Part shown: positions 8,069-17,291 of the stretch, in pieces
Layout: every line of letters begins with the position of its first letter
How positions within the stretch are numbered: the stretch's first letter is position 1
Notes under the pieces: model-generated
Databases searched by the model: none
Seen by the model: the letters and a program-made list of their open reading frames with translations, nothing else
What the model was told of the DNA's origin: nothing
Made by a program: the position numbers and the translations under genes
From: Methanosarcinaceae archaeon
GTDB taxonomy: Archaea > Halobacteriota > Methanosarcinia > Methanosarcinales > Methanosarcinaceae
DNA: 45,781 nucleotides
Direction of reading: 5' to 3'
Assembly (NCBI GenBank): GCA_019429165.1
Contig: JAHYJJ010000001.1
Span: forward strand, 1 to 45,781

Positions 8069-10372
8069 TATTTCGTCCCATTTTGTAACCTTGAGCACCT
8101 TATTGAGCGGAGTTATGATACGACCCCAATAATAAGCCTTGTCATAATCAGACCCCAACTCGTACTCTGCAACCGATATCGCCTCTATTCGTGGCTTGGT
8201 GGACTTGACAATATATTGTATATTGTCACCGACAAAGAACTCGTGACCCTGCGCAATCAAACGCTTGACCAGGACAATATGCGCCGGAATAGGCGCATAT
8301 CTTACCTCCCCGTCCTTGTTTATTTTGGGCGCGCCAGTCTTGCTGTCTATCATGGCTCGACCATACTCTCCTATAGGCTTGACAAAATTTTTGGTCATAA
8401 CTAAATGTCCTGAGTCTAACGTATTTGTCTTGATTTGCTCGGCAATTAACCGAACACCCCCTAGGAAAACGTCATAGTCAAACCGGTCATATAATATGTC
8501 CTCAATCATACCACGTTGCATGGTTGATGCCAGTGGATTAGTGTCCTTCCGAATACATTCCAGACCAGTTATACTCACCTTGAAATCACCAGTAGGAACA
8601 CCTGCACCGTCGACCAACTCCTCAATCGCTGCATAATTCTTCTTCATGATAGATATCATGCGATGGAACGTCTTCTCCCATTCAAACACTATCATGTGTT
8701 CTCGGATACCCATCTCCTGAGCCCAGATATCAAACTGAACCTTGAGAGCATCCTCAAGAACCTTGTGGTCTGAGCCCTTAAACATGATACTATCTGTGTC
8801 TCCCTGCACCACAACATATCCCATACCCTCAGCAAAGTGTCGTGACCGATTTATTATCTCCCTCGCAAACTGCGTCACAGCAGATGCAACATCAAAGTTA
8901 TACCACCGAAAATTGACAAACGCCAAAGCACCATACAAGGAGTTAGCAATGGTTTTAATTGCTTTCTCGTACAGTTGCATCTCTCGGAACCTATCTGGGT
9001 CGGATTTAATATACTGAAACTTATCATATTTAACCTTGTCACGCTCCAAGATTAACCCACGTGCCACATCGGACACTACACCCTGAATATTATTTGAGAA
9101 ATACTTCTCCCCAGATTCAACCATCTCCCCAGACCTGTACAGACTATTTGCTGGGATTACCACACACCCAGGTTCACGCCGGGATAACAATGTCGTACTA
9201 CAGATGTTACACATTGCAATCGTACTCGGATAAAATGACTTGAAATCCAGTACAAACACATTATCATGAACCCCAGGATTATCACAAAATACCTCGGCAC
9301 CCAATATCTTCTCCTTACGTCTCTCGGCAGATTCGTCAATGGTAGGTTTGCTGGGTGATATGACACCTCGCTCCCGACACTTATTTAACACCATGTAATC
9401 ACAGACGTCTGAATTGTTCATGGTATCCTGAATCAAACAATGAGCAATCTGTGCAGCTTTTTTATGTAGCCCAAACATATTTAGTTTCTGTTCCAACTGG
9501 AACATCAACTCAACGTCCTGTTCATTGTATTTCTGAAGTAATGTATCCCCGCTGAATGACTCCACCCAGGCTCGGAATATATTCCCATTCCCTGCAGTTA
9601 TACCGCCCAGTTTTCCCATATTAAGTATTTCTCGGCACACGTTATCCAGCGAATAACTCGGCAACCCCAGGACGTTCTTTTTAATTATCTCCATGTAATC
9701 CATTTTATTAATGTAATCCAGGAACAACACCGATATGTTATGTAACTCACAACGTTGGCGGATGTAGGCATCATCAAACTTCTTTCCATTCCAGGCGGAA
9801 CAAATGTCGTACTGCTCAATTACCTTTTTGTGTAACAGTAACAGGTCACACTCACCAGAATATATATCGTCCAGGTTATTATTTTTCAAATACAAAACAT
9901 TCCCGTCACAGTCCTTGTATGCTATACACAATATAGGCTCTCTTGCAATGATAACCCCACGGTCGTCCGATTCAAACAAGCCATCGTCCTTGGTCTCTAT
10001 GTCATACATGACCCATTTCAAACCCTGCGACTCCAGGTCTAACCCAGGATTGCAGGTCAGGTATCTCTTGACCGCATTCACGTCACCCTCGTATACTGTG
10101 ATACCCGCATTCTCAAGACTCCACCGCAACAAACCACGGTCTGTATTGTTGTTCAGAAATAACCCAGTGTACCCAGGAAACACTTGACTGTCCGACACAT
10201 TAGAAATCCATTGATATGACTTCTCAGGTATCAAACCCACATCAGACTGGTGGATGAATATATAATTGTAAAATGGAACGCTCTCAAAATGTGTACCTTT
10301 ATCATCTCGAACCTTAACCCAAATAAAAGTCTCTTCCTCCTTAGCGCTGACTATAGTCCTCATATATCCCAC
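8054..10372 (-). CDS. polB: Family B DNA polymerase with 3'-5' exonuclease
   Basis: Exo YDIET, AWNGKKFD, YNEQDV; polymerase DFKSFYPS, KTIANSLYG, QGDTDS, KKNYA. Confidence 0.96.
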   Translation of the reverse strand: MGYMRTIVSAKEEETFIWVKVRDDKGTHFESVPFYNYIFIHQSDVGLIPEKSYQWISNVSDSQVFPGYTGLFLNNNTDRGLLRWSLENAGITVYEGDVNAVKRYLTCNPGLDLESQGLKWVMYDIETKDDGLFESDDRGVIIAREPILCIAYKDCDGNVLYLKNNNLDDIYSGECDLLLLHKKVIEQYDICSAWNGKKFDDAYIRQRCELHNISVLFLDYINKMDYMEIIKKNVLGLPSYSLDNVCREILNMGKLGGITAGNGNIFRAWVESFSGDTLLQKYNEQDVELMFQLEQKLNMFGLHKKAAQIAHCLIQDTMNNSDVCDYMVLNKCRERGVISPSKPTIDESAERRKEKILGAEVFCDNPGVHDNVFVLDFKSFYPSTIAMCNICSTTLLSRREPGCVVIPANSLYRSGEMVESGEKYFSNNIQGVVSDVARGLILERDKVKYDKFQYIKSDPDRFREMQLYEKAIKTIANSLYGALAFVNFRWYNFDVASAVTQFAREIINRSRHFAEGMGYVVVQGDTDSIMFKGSDHKVLEDALKVQFDIWAQEMGIREHMIVFEWEKTFHRMISIMKKNYAAIEELVDGAGVPTGDFKVSITGLECIRKDTNPLASTMQRGMIEDILYDRFDYDVFLGGVRLIAEQIKTNTLDSGHLVMTKNFVKPIGEYGRAMIDSKTGAPKINKDGEVRYAPIPAHIVLVKRLIAQGHEFFVGDNIQYIVKSTKPRIEAISVAEYELGSDYDKAYYWGRIITPLNKVLKVTKWDEIPKPL

Positions 10373-10671
10373 CCTTGTATCAAGTACACACCAGACCCAC
10401 CCAGACGTATCGTGTCCTCTTCAATGGTTTTTATATACTTTTTCAATTCATCGCAATATTTTTCAGAAGTGGTGAAATCACACCGACAATATATTGCGAC
10501 ACTTGTTACGTGGTCGTGTTTTTTAATGCGACACCTGGGTGCGTCGCATAGTTTACCATCGTGAGATGGTATAAATGGGTGTGGTATATCAAGCATGTCA
10601 ACCGCATAGAAATTGTTGTGCTCGCTCTTACCCAGATGTCTAACTGACTGTTCCTGGCGCATATACAACAC
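10360..10671 (-). CDS. Hypothetical Cys/His-rich protein
   Basis: Fills the gap between adjacent minus-strand genes and overlaps the polB start; CxxxxC and CxC motifs. Confidence 0.55.
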   Translation of the reverse strand: MLYMRQEQSVRHLGKSEHNNFYAVDMLDIPHPFIPSHDGKLCDAPRCRIKKHDHVTSVAIYCRCDFTTSEKYCDELKKYIKTIEEDTIRLGGSGVYLIQGWDI

Positions 10672-11169
10672 CTAAAAACCAACAATTTCATAGGACAATA
10701 ACTGTCCGATAATCTCGTCATATTTGTTTTGGTCGTCTGGATTGATATTGTCAATGACTTTTATTGGTACATTATAATTGTCTCGTGCGGTCATGATATC
10801 AAATATATATGACACTGCATCAGACAGTTTCAACCGAATGTAACCATTGAGAATAAATATACGCTCAAATATTGGCACATCCACAGAACAACCAGTCCGC
10901 TCCAGGGTGTATATATCGTTAGTGTCGCCACCGTGTATCATTTTTCTCATTATATTTTTGTATTTGGTCTCTGGATTTTGTTTGTCCTCAACCTTGATAT
11001 CGTAGCCAGTACCACGGTTCTCAATCATAATCCGCGTAACCCACTCCCCCAGGGTTCCGACCGCACCATCGGGTGTCGCTCTGAACTCTCGAAGTTCAAC
11101 CGGCATCTCATCTTCACCGGTTTTTATTCTATACAGTGTATATTTATTTTCGTTTTCCATTTTTTTCAT
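10672..11169 (-). CDS. Hypothetical protein
   Basis: 165-aa ORF directly downstream of the promoter/operator at 11183-11242. Confidence 0.7.
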   Translation of the reverse strand: MKKMENENKYTLYRIKTGEDEMPVELREFRATPDGAVGTLGEWVTRIMIENRGTGYDIKVEDKQNPETKYKNIMRKMIHGGDTNDIYTLERTGCSVDVPIFERIFILNGYIRLKLSDAVSYIFDIMTARDNYNVPIKVIDNINPDDQNKYDEIIGQLLSYEIVGF

Positions 11170-11182
11170 CTCTTTTTTTTTT

Positions 11183-11242
11183 TTTACATACCTAAAAGGT
11201 ATGTAAATATATAATGTATTATATAATATATAAAGGTTGTGG
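11183..11242 (-). promoter_or_regulatory. Promoter with downstream inverted-repeat operator or hairpin
   Basis: TTTACATACC-TAAAA-GGTATGTAAA perfect inverted repeat (11183-11207) next to CCACAACCTTTATATA; near-identical block at 13923-13978. Confidence 0.7.
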
Positions 11243-11260
11243 TTTAAACAACATCAGACA

Positions 11261-13321
11261 TCAGACATCATATCCCTGACTCATCAGTGCCACTTTTCGT
11301 GCCTTGGTGTGCTCACGCAGAACCTTATGAGTGTCCTCAAAATCGTAATAGAACGCCCCCACTTTACCGGGTATCTTACGTAAGACCCTGCCCAGGCACT
11401 GAACCGTCTTTATACTCCCCAAATTAGCGCTGTAATTGACCAGGACGTCAAGGTTAGGTATATTAACACCCTTCTGGATGACACCACTCGTTGAAATTAA
11501 TATGTTACCTGTTGAACTTTTAATCGTGTTTAATATATCTTCTCTATCTTTCTTTTTGGTTGTGCCGGTAATCACATAAGCATTGTCTATCATACCACTA
11601 ATGATATCAACATGCTCCAATCTATCAACCATTATTAATATATTATCTTTCTTATGTTTAATTGTTATCCCACGCAACAATTCCATCCTGGAATCAGACT
11701 GTAGCACCTGCTCATATACCTCATGGTAATCACCATTCACAATGAACTGTATATTATACTTCAGAAACTTAATTTCAGGACGCACCAAATACCCGGCATT
11801 AATCAAGTCAATCGCTCGTATCTTGAAATGTGGAACTCCAAATGACTTATATAACTCCAGGCTATCGTTACCGTCTGAGTACGCCGTGCCAGTTAGACCT
11901 ATCCTATACTCAGCACCTATCATACCCATTAGTTTCTGGTAACTCTTAGACCTGGCTGAATGCGCCTCGTCCACTATTACCACGTTACACTCGGATACTT
12001 TATTCAACCCAACCTTATCTTTAATCTTACACAATGTCTGGATGGATGCAATCGTGATGTCGTTCCAATCTTGCTTGCCCTCGGTCACAGTGCCCAGGTT
12101 ATCCAGGCCCAACTTTTTAAATTCGTTATAGGTCTGGGCAAGTAATATGTTCCTATCCACCACAAACAACGTTTTAAAACCCAGGCGTCTTATAATCTCT
12201 GCAGCAATTACAGTCTTCCCAGCACCAGTGCAAATTTCGGTGAAACTAATCTGGTCACCTATAATGTGGTTGATTGCATCCTCTTGATATGGTCGTGACT
12301 CAACACCAACCAAACATCGTGGTGTCTTTATCTGGTTTCTGGGCAACACCCTATTATCTGTCTCAGAAATTATCAACCTCAAACCTTTATGCTCCGCAAA
12401 CTGGTTCAGATACATGACCAACTCAGACTTAAGACCCAGGCTTGTTGTCTGGTTATGATACATCCGAATAATACCATCAAAACCCTTGACACCCCTGGTA
12501 TTTAGGTTTTTCATAACAAAATATTTGTTGTCTATCTCATAACTAAGTTGCTCTTCAACAATATCATTGAACTCATCTGGCATCTTAGTTTCAATCCGAA
12601 CCAGGTCATGGTCGTAGGACATATCAACCATCAAGAATTTATCATCGGTTATATTATCAACATAACATTTATTCTTATAACCACAAAAGAAACAACTTTT
12701 TAAGTTAGTTTTGTAAGACTCGGTCGTGGTTTTGGTGTTTTGATACGCAACCGTATCAAATATATGTTTTTCATACTCAACCAGGTCGGTCTCGCTGAAC
12801 ACAAAATCAATCACTTTCTGCGCCTTGGTATACACAACCATGGCCTTAGGTGGGATATAACCACAATGTTTCCAAACACCCCAACAATACCAGAGCAACT
12901 GTTCTCTGTACTGTTTCAACCCTTGGGTGTTAAACGTTGAAGTTTTCCAATCTAATATGCTTCCGTCTTCGAGGATTCCGTCTATGAGCATCTTAAATTT
13001 TAGTTTACCTTGTTGGAACAAGATAAGTTTTTCCTGTGACTTGAATTTGTAACCCAGGCTTCTTGCATAGTCCACCTGCACCCTGGCGGAATCAAGACTC
13101 ATGTCAGTATCATACATTTTATATTGCGCCCAGAGAGTATCCACAGACTCGCCAGTCTCAATGCACTTATGTACAATGTTTCCAAAATTCCCCCACTTAG
13201 ACTCAACAGAACCGCAGGGGTGTTTTAAAACCTTACCGTAGAAAAATCTACGCTCGCAAGATTTAAAGTCGTTGAATGAGCTAAAAGATAGGTTACCCAC
13301 CCAGGATAGTTTTGTTGACAT
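11261..13321 (-). CDS. Cas4/AddB-like PD-(D/E)XK exonuclease fused to SF2 (UvsW/XPB-like) helicase
   Basis: LSFSSFNDFKSC, GNIVH, IDG..ILDWKTS..QLLWY, CFFCGYKNKC; then RPYQ, TGAGKT, VDEAH, GLTGT, GVNIP, QCLGRVLR. Confidence 0.9.
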   Translation of the reverse strand: MSTKLSWVGNLSFSSFNDFKSCERRFFYGKVLKHPCGSVESKWGNFGNIVHKCIETGESVDTLWAQYKMYDTDMSLDSARVQVDYARSLGYKFKSQEKLILFQQGKLKFKMLIDGILEDGSILDWKTSTFNTQGLKQYREQLLWYCWGVWKHCGYIPPKAMVVYTKAQKVIDFVFSETDLVEYEKHIFDTVAYQNTKTTTESYKTNLKSCFFCGYKNKCYVDNITDDKFLMVDMSYDHDLVRIETKMPDEFNDIVEEQLSYEIDNKYFVMKNLNTRGVKGFDGIIRMYHNQTTSLGLKSELVMYLNQFAEHKGLRLIISETDNRVLPRNQIKTPRCLVGVESRPYQEDAINHIIGDQISFTEICTGAGKTVIAAEIIRRLGFKTLFVVDRNILLAQTYNEFKKLGLDNLGTVTEGKQDWNDITIASIQTLCKIKDKVGLNKVSECNVVIVDEAHSARSKSYQKLMGMIGAEYRIGLTGTAYSDGNDSLELYKSFGVPHFKIRAIDLINAGYLVRPEIKFLKYNIQFIVNGDYHEVYEQVLQSDSRMELLRGITIKHKKDNILIMVDRLEHVDIISGMIDNAYVITGTTKKKDREDILNTIKSSTGNILISTSGVIQKGVNIPNLDVLVNYSANLGSIKTVQCLGRVLRKIPGKVGAFYYDFEDTHKVLREHTKARKVALMSQGYDV

Positions 13322-13352
13322 ATCAAATCACATAAAAAAAAAGGTTGTGGTC

Positions 13353-13907
13353 TTACAGACCTGCAACCGAATTATCGTCACCCACAATCTTAATTTTAAG
13401 ACTTGGAACTTCTAACACCCAGTTATGCCCAGCCGTGTCAGCACCACCTGCAACACGTTTGAATTTTACTGTCTGGTTTGCAAGTGTGAAATTGTTGTCC
13501 CTGCAATACCTAACCAGAGCATTCATCTTATAGACCAACTCCCAGTTTGATATCCTTATTCTGGACATTACCTGTTCAGACTCACCTTCGACCAGGTATT
13601 CACCAATTTCTTCCTTATTTTTATTCGTCAACCCTGAATAAAAACTCTTACCGTTGGTCTTATTAACAAAAGTCTTTCCCTCTTGTGTGTAATACCCACC
13701 AACACCAATCTTAAGTTCTGGTGTGCTCTCGCCAATGTCTGCCTTTTTAGGTAGATTAATCCAGTTTACGGTCTCCATTGTGGACTCGTCTATGACTTGT
13801 CTGCCAGACGTTACTGGTGCTTCTTGAACAGGTTCAACCCTGTCTTCAACTTTCTCGGTGTTCTTTGCGAACACGTTTATCTTTTTGTCGTTTATTTCGT
13901 TTCCCAT
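13353..13907 (-). CDS. Hypothetical replication protein (possible ssDNA-binding protein)
   Basis: GAGGT SD; beta-rich 184-aa ORF between primase and helicase; function inferred from position only. Confidence 0.6.
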   Translation of the reverse strand: MGNEINDKKINVFAKNTEKVEDRVEPVQEAPVTSGRQVIDESTMETVNWINLPKKADIGESTPELKIGVGGYYTQEGKTFVNKTNGKSFYSGLTNKNKEEIGEYLVEGESEQVMSRIRISNWELVYKMNALVRYCRDNNFTLANQTVKFKRVAGGADTAGHNWVLEVPSLKIKIVGDDNSVAGL

Positions 13908-13922
13908 TTTTACAACCTCTTG

Positions 13923-13978
13923 TTACATACCTAAAAGGTATATAAATATATATTGTATTATATTTTTATAAGCTTATG
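13923..13978 (-). promoter_or_regulatory. Promoter/operator copy 2
   Basis: TTACATACCTAAAAGGTATATAAATATATATTGTATTATAT, near-identical to the block starting at 11184. Confidence 0.7.
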
Positions 13979-13983
13979 CTTTC

Positions 13984-16092
13984 CTAACATAATACTTCTC
14001 TATCACTCGTTTCTTGTTTCTCGCCCTTGTATTTTATACCCTCAATGTATATACCAACCACAAAAACACCGTTTATCTTTTTTGTTGTGGTTTTCTTACT
14101 CAGCCCCTCTTGTTCCAGGACATCTATAAACTCTCGCTTGGACACCTTGCGCATTTTATTGTCCCTTAAAAACTTCTGATATTGGGTGTAAAAGTCAATA
14201 TACCCAACAAAACCGTTGACATCACTATCACAAAACCTGTCAATATATGCAGGTAGTGGATTTGATGCTTCAATGTATTTGTTCTTTGATTCTTCAATAC
14301 TCTTGTCCTCATTAGTAAATATACCAGTACCAATCAACCTTGGTAATATCTTGGTAATCTTAACCGCCAGGTTATTATATTCATGCGCTGGTATGGTTGC
14401 AAGAACATCTTTTTTTGATTTAAATTGGTTTGGGAAATCAATAATCTTCCAGCGCCTGTAATACCCATCCGATGTATCCCCAGAACTTGGTAATGAATTT
14501 GTAGCAATCAATATCTTTGCGTAATTTACCCCACTAATTGGTGTTTTATTCTTACTCTCAAAAGTAACATCATCTTGACCGCACAATCGTTTAAGCAGTC
14601 CAGTGTTTTTTATACTGTTGAAATTGGTCTCGCCCATTTTACAAACTAACTTTTTATATAACTTAGCGCACTCAAACCTGTTAGTGATAAGCGCCTCCAG
14701 GTCTGTGTCGGTTGTGTTGTGTTCACCCACAAAATGCTTAACTAACTGCAAGTATTTACTTTTTCCATTACTTCCAGACCCTATGAAACAAAAAATGTTG
14801 TGTATTGGGTAGTCCAGGACACAACAATATGCTATAATTTCATATAAGATGTCAACATAATCCTCACCCACCCAGTCCGTGAATAGTTTATCCATGACAG
14901 GCGTATCTGTGGACACACCCATACTATGTGGTATTGGATTAGTCATGAAATATGTGTGAGTTGCATCAAATATCCGCTCGGTCTCAAAGTCAAACACCTT
15001 ATCACCAAACTGTACCCAGGATTTATTAGGGTCTTTTGGTTTATTTTCTCTCCCCACCCACCGGAACGCCTCTAAGTAGTTACCTCTATGGTGCGACTTA
15101 ACCGCCTCACCGTCAAATTTTAGCGTCTCGTCTATAATACGCATCACCTCAACGTTATCAACCTGGATATATTTATATGAATTTTTATCCCAGAACCAAA
15201 AGTTCTGACCCATATCATAATAAAATGGTTGCGACTCGTAGAACTTCCTGACATTATACACATAATTTTTAATGTCAAGTGAATTGTTGGTGTTATATAA
15301 CACCTCAGAGATACCAGCGATCTCAAGTAATTTTTTCTTGGCCACCAAAAATGTGACCTTTTCATGTTCCATAATGAAATCAAACACCGTTCCACCCTTA
15401 CCACAATGAAAACAATGCCAGAGTCCTTTCTGGTCATCCCAGGAAAAGCACGACTTGGACTCACTATCGTGACCCAGCATGCACATGGTCGGTTGGCGCT
15501 TGATATCGTACCCAAATTTAGTCATTAAATCCGATAACTTGACCGCAGATTTAATCTCGTCATTTATATTATCCGTGTCCATGACGTGTTTGTATACCTT
15601 ATCTTCTGGGATAATGTCTCTCAGAATATATTTTATGTGTTCAATAGTAATATAAGAAATATCAACATCTTTCTCAACCTTATATTTGATACCAGATGGA
15701 TGCGTAGAGTTAGCACCGACCACTTGTCGTCCTGCACCCAGGATGTCCAGGATACTTGACCCCGTGCTTTTGTCGGCAATCTTCATATCCTCGTTATGGT
15801 CTGTTTGATAGTATAGGTGTATCTTCCCAGAACCAGTCCGAACCGTGAACGTCTCAGGAAACTTTTTGTAATATTTATTTATAATATCCTGCGAGTCAAA
15901 GTCAATCACAACATAACCCTCCTTGACAACAATCCCATAATTACCCCCCCAGGTGGTAATCTCCTCGTTGTCAAATGGTCTCAGAATAGTGTTCCAACTT
16001 TTCTCAGCTGGAATCTTAGTCCTTGGATTCAGTTTTATATAACTGAAATCATACTTTTTTAATTTGTCTGGAATTTCTACCATATTTTCCAT
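13984..16092 (-). CDS. Prim-pol (bifunctional AEP) + CHC2 zinc finger + D5-like SF3 helicase
   Basis: NYGIV..VVIDFD..TGSGKIHLYY; CMLGH...WHCFHC; GSGSNGKS, MGE, IATN, YRRW. Confidence 0.93.
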   Translation of the reverse strand: MENMVEIPDKLKKYDFSYIKLNPRTKIPAEKSWNTILRPFDNEEITTWGGNYGIVVKEGYVVIDFDSQDIINKYYKKFPETFTVRTGSGKIHLYYQTDHNEDMKIADKSTGSSILDILGAGRQVVGANSTHPSGIKYKVEKDVDISYITIEHIKYILRDIIPEDKVYKHVMDTDNINDEIKSAVKLSDLMTKFGYDIKRQPTMCMLGHDSESKSCFSWDDQKGLWHCFHCGKGGTVFDFIMEHEKVTFLVAKKKLLEIAGISEVLYNTNNSLDIKNYVYNVRKFYESQPFYYDMGQNFWFWDKNSYKYIQVDNVEVMRIIDETLKFDGEAVKSHHRGNYLEAFRWVGRENKPKDPNKSWVQFGDKVFDFETERIFDATHTYFMTNPIPHSMGVSTDTPVMDKLFTDWVGEDYVDILYEIIAYCCVLDYPIHNIFCFIGSGSNGKSKYLQLVKHFVGEHNTTDTDLEALITNRFECAKLYKKLVCKMGETNFNSIKNTGLLKRLCGQDDVTFESKNKTPISGVNYAKILIATNSLPSSGDTSDGYYRRWKIIDFPNQFKSKKDVLATIPAHEYNNLAVKITKILPRLIGTGIFTNEDKSIEESKNKYIEASNPLPAYIDRFCDSDVNGFVGYIDFYTQYQKFLRDNKMRKVSKREFIDVLEQEGLSKKTTTKKINGVFVVGIYIEGIKYKGEKQETSDREVLC

Positions 16093-16189
16093 CTCTTTTT
16101 TATATAAGATTTATAACAGTATTAATATAAGACACTCAAATTATATAAGTGTTGTGTTATTATATAATATAAATTAATATTAATCTTAT

Positions 16190-16300
16190 AATTATAAGAT
16201 TATATGATTTATACAGTGGTTTCTCACTTATTATATATATAATATATTCTCATATATAATAAGTGAGAAACCACTGTATAAATCATATAATCTTATAATT
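16190..16300. repeat. Long palindrome P2 (perfect 49-bp arms, 13-nt loop)
   Basis: 16190-16238 AATTATAAGATTATATGATTTATACAGTGGTTTCTCACTTATTATATAT is the exact reverse complement of 16252-16300. Confidence 0.97.
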
Positions 16301-16335
16301 TTAAAGAAACAATAATAAAAAAAAAGAATTAGTTG

Positions 16336-16638
16336 TTATAATTTTTTTAAATCAGTTTTAATTTCAATCAATAAAGTTTGAATATTGGTGAGTTGCGTCT
16401 CGATTTTGGCTCGTCCAATGTCAGTCTCTGCTTGGCGCTTATTCAAATCTTCAATCTTGTTCATAAAGTCCGTGTGCGCCTCGCTCATTTTTGTGTATCG
16501 ATGCTCTAAAGATTTTTGTGAGTTCTCAATCTCTGCCTTCCAAGTAGTTAAAGCATAGGTCTGAGCCATAATAAAAAATATAACAGTAATCAGGGCAGCA
16601 ACACTAATGGTTATATTATTCTTTTCTATACCATCCAT
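16336..16638 (-). CDS. Membrane protein, N-terminal TM + coiled coil (lysis-cassette-like)
   Basis: ISVAALITVIFFIMAQTYAL TM followed by heptads; at the end of the late operon. Confidence 0.7.
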   Translation of the reverse strand: MDGIEKNNITISVAALITVIFFIMAQTYALTTWKAEIENSQKSLEHRYTKMSEAHTDFMNKIEDLNKRQAETDIGRAKIETQLTNIQTLLIEIKTDLKKL

Positions 16639-16641
16639 CGC

Positions 16642-16845
16642 CTACAACTCTCTCTGCTTCAAATAATATTCAAAAATAGCAATACCAGATTCTATTATTG
16701 AACCAGCCACAACACTTGCAACGCCTAGGTCTGTTACATAAAACATCAACATAGTTGCTACCATAGTGATTATGGTTTTCTTGCGCCCTTTTATCCAAGT
16801 TAGAATATTCCAACCCGTTAAAGACATTTTTGGTTTTTCACTCAT
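16642..16845 (-). CDS. Holin-like small membrane protein
   Basis: GWNILTWIKGRKK followed by two hydrophobic segments. Confidence 0.6.
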   Translation of the reverse strand: MSEKPKMSLTGWNILTWIKGRKKTIITMVATMLMFYVTDLGVASVVAGSIIESGIAIFEYYLKQREL

Positions 16846-16847
16846 AA

Positions 16848-17066
16848 TTAATTCACCTTTGTGCTTAAATAACCTATTCCTACACTAAGAATTATCAACC
16901 CAACACCAACCCACTCATGACCGAAAGTGTCGTTGATACCCCAGAGATACAGATGTTCCCCAAGTAAGAATGAGCCTGCGACTAAAAGTGCAGTTGCACC
17001 GACTCTAAGTCCGTAAGCGCCCTTAATCTTGCGCAATATGTAACCCTTAACATCTTGCAATCTCAT
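16848..17066 (-). CDS. Small 2-TM membrane protein
   Basis: ATG 17066 after AGGCGA; VGATALLVAGSFLL and WVGVGLIILSVGIGYL. Confidence 0.65.
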   Translation of the reverse strand: MRLQDVKGYILRKIKGAYGLRVGATALLVAGSFLLGEHLYLWGINDTFGHEWVGVGLIILSVGIGYLSTKVN

Positions 17067-17067
17067 A

Positions 17068-17280
17068 TCAATTCGCCTTCTTTTTTTTATCAATGTTGGT
17101 CTGAGTTATCAGGCCATAAGACAAAAGAACATCTTCAATTTCTGTATTGGTTGTGTCTTTTAGCTCTTCATCTGTATATCCAGGGCATCTGACAGACAAA
17201 ACTTTCTCAATATCAATTCTGTCAAAATTAGTTACACCGAACTTAATTGTATTTGCTTTTTGTAATTTGTCTTTCTTCAT
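17068..17280 (-). CDS. Hypothetical protein
   Basis: AGGTG SD; 70-aa ORF after the fibre gene. Confidence 0.65.
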   Translation of the reverse strand: MKKDKLQKANTIKFGVTNFDRIDIEKVLSVRCPGYTDEELKDTTNTEIEDVLLSYGLITQTNIDKKKKAN

Positions 17281-17291
17281 ATTATAACACC

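Noticed and set aside
10506..10754. 82-aa minus-strand ORF
   Set aside because: Overlaps two tiled genes (10360..10671, 10672..11169) in another frame.
11261..13321. Cas4 as evidence of a CRISPR-Cas locus or casposon
   Set aside because: No cas1, no array; the domain is fused to a helicase in a viral replication module.
16190..16300. Protelomerase telRL site
   Set aside because: No protelomerase gene is recognisable and the palindrome has a 13-nt asymmetric centre; kept only as one hypothesis in the findings.
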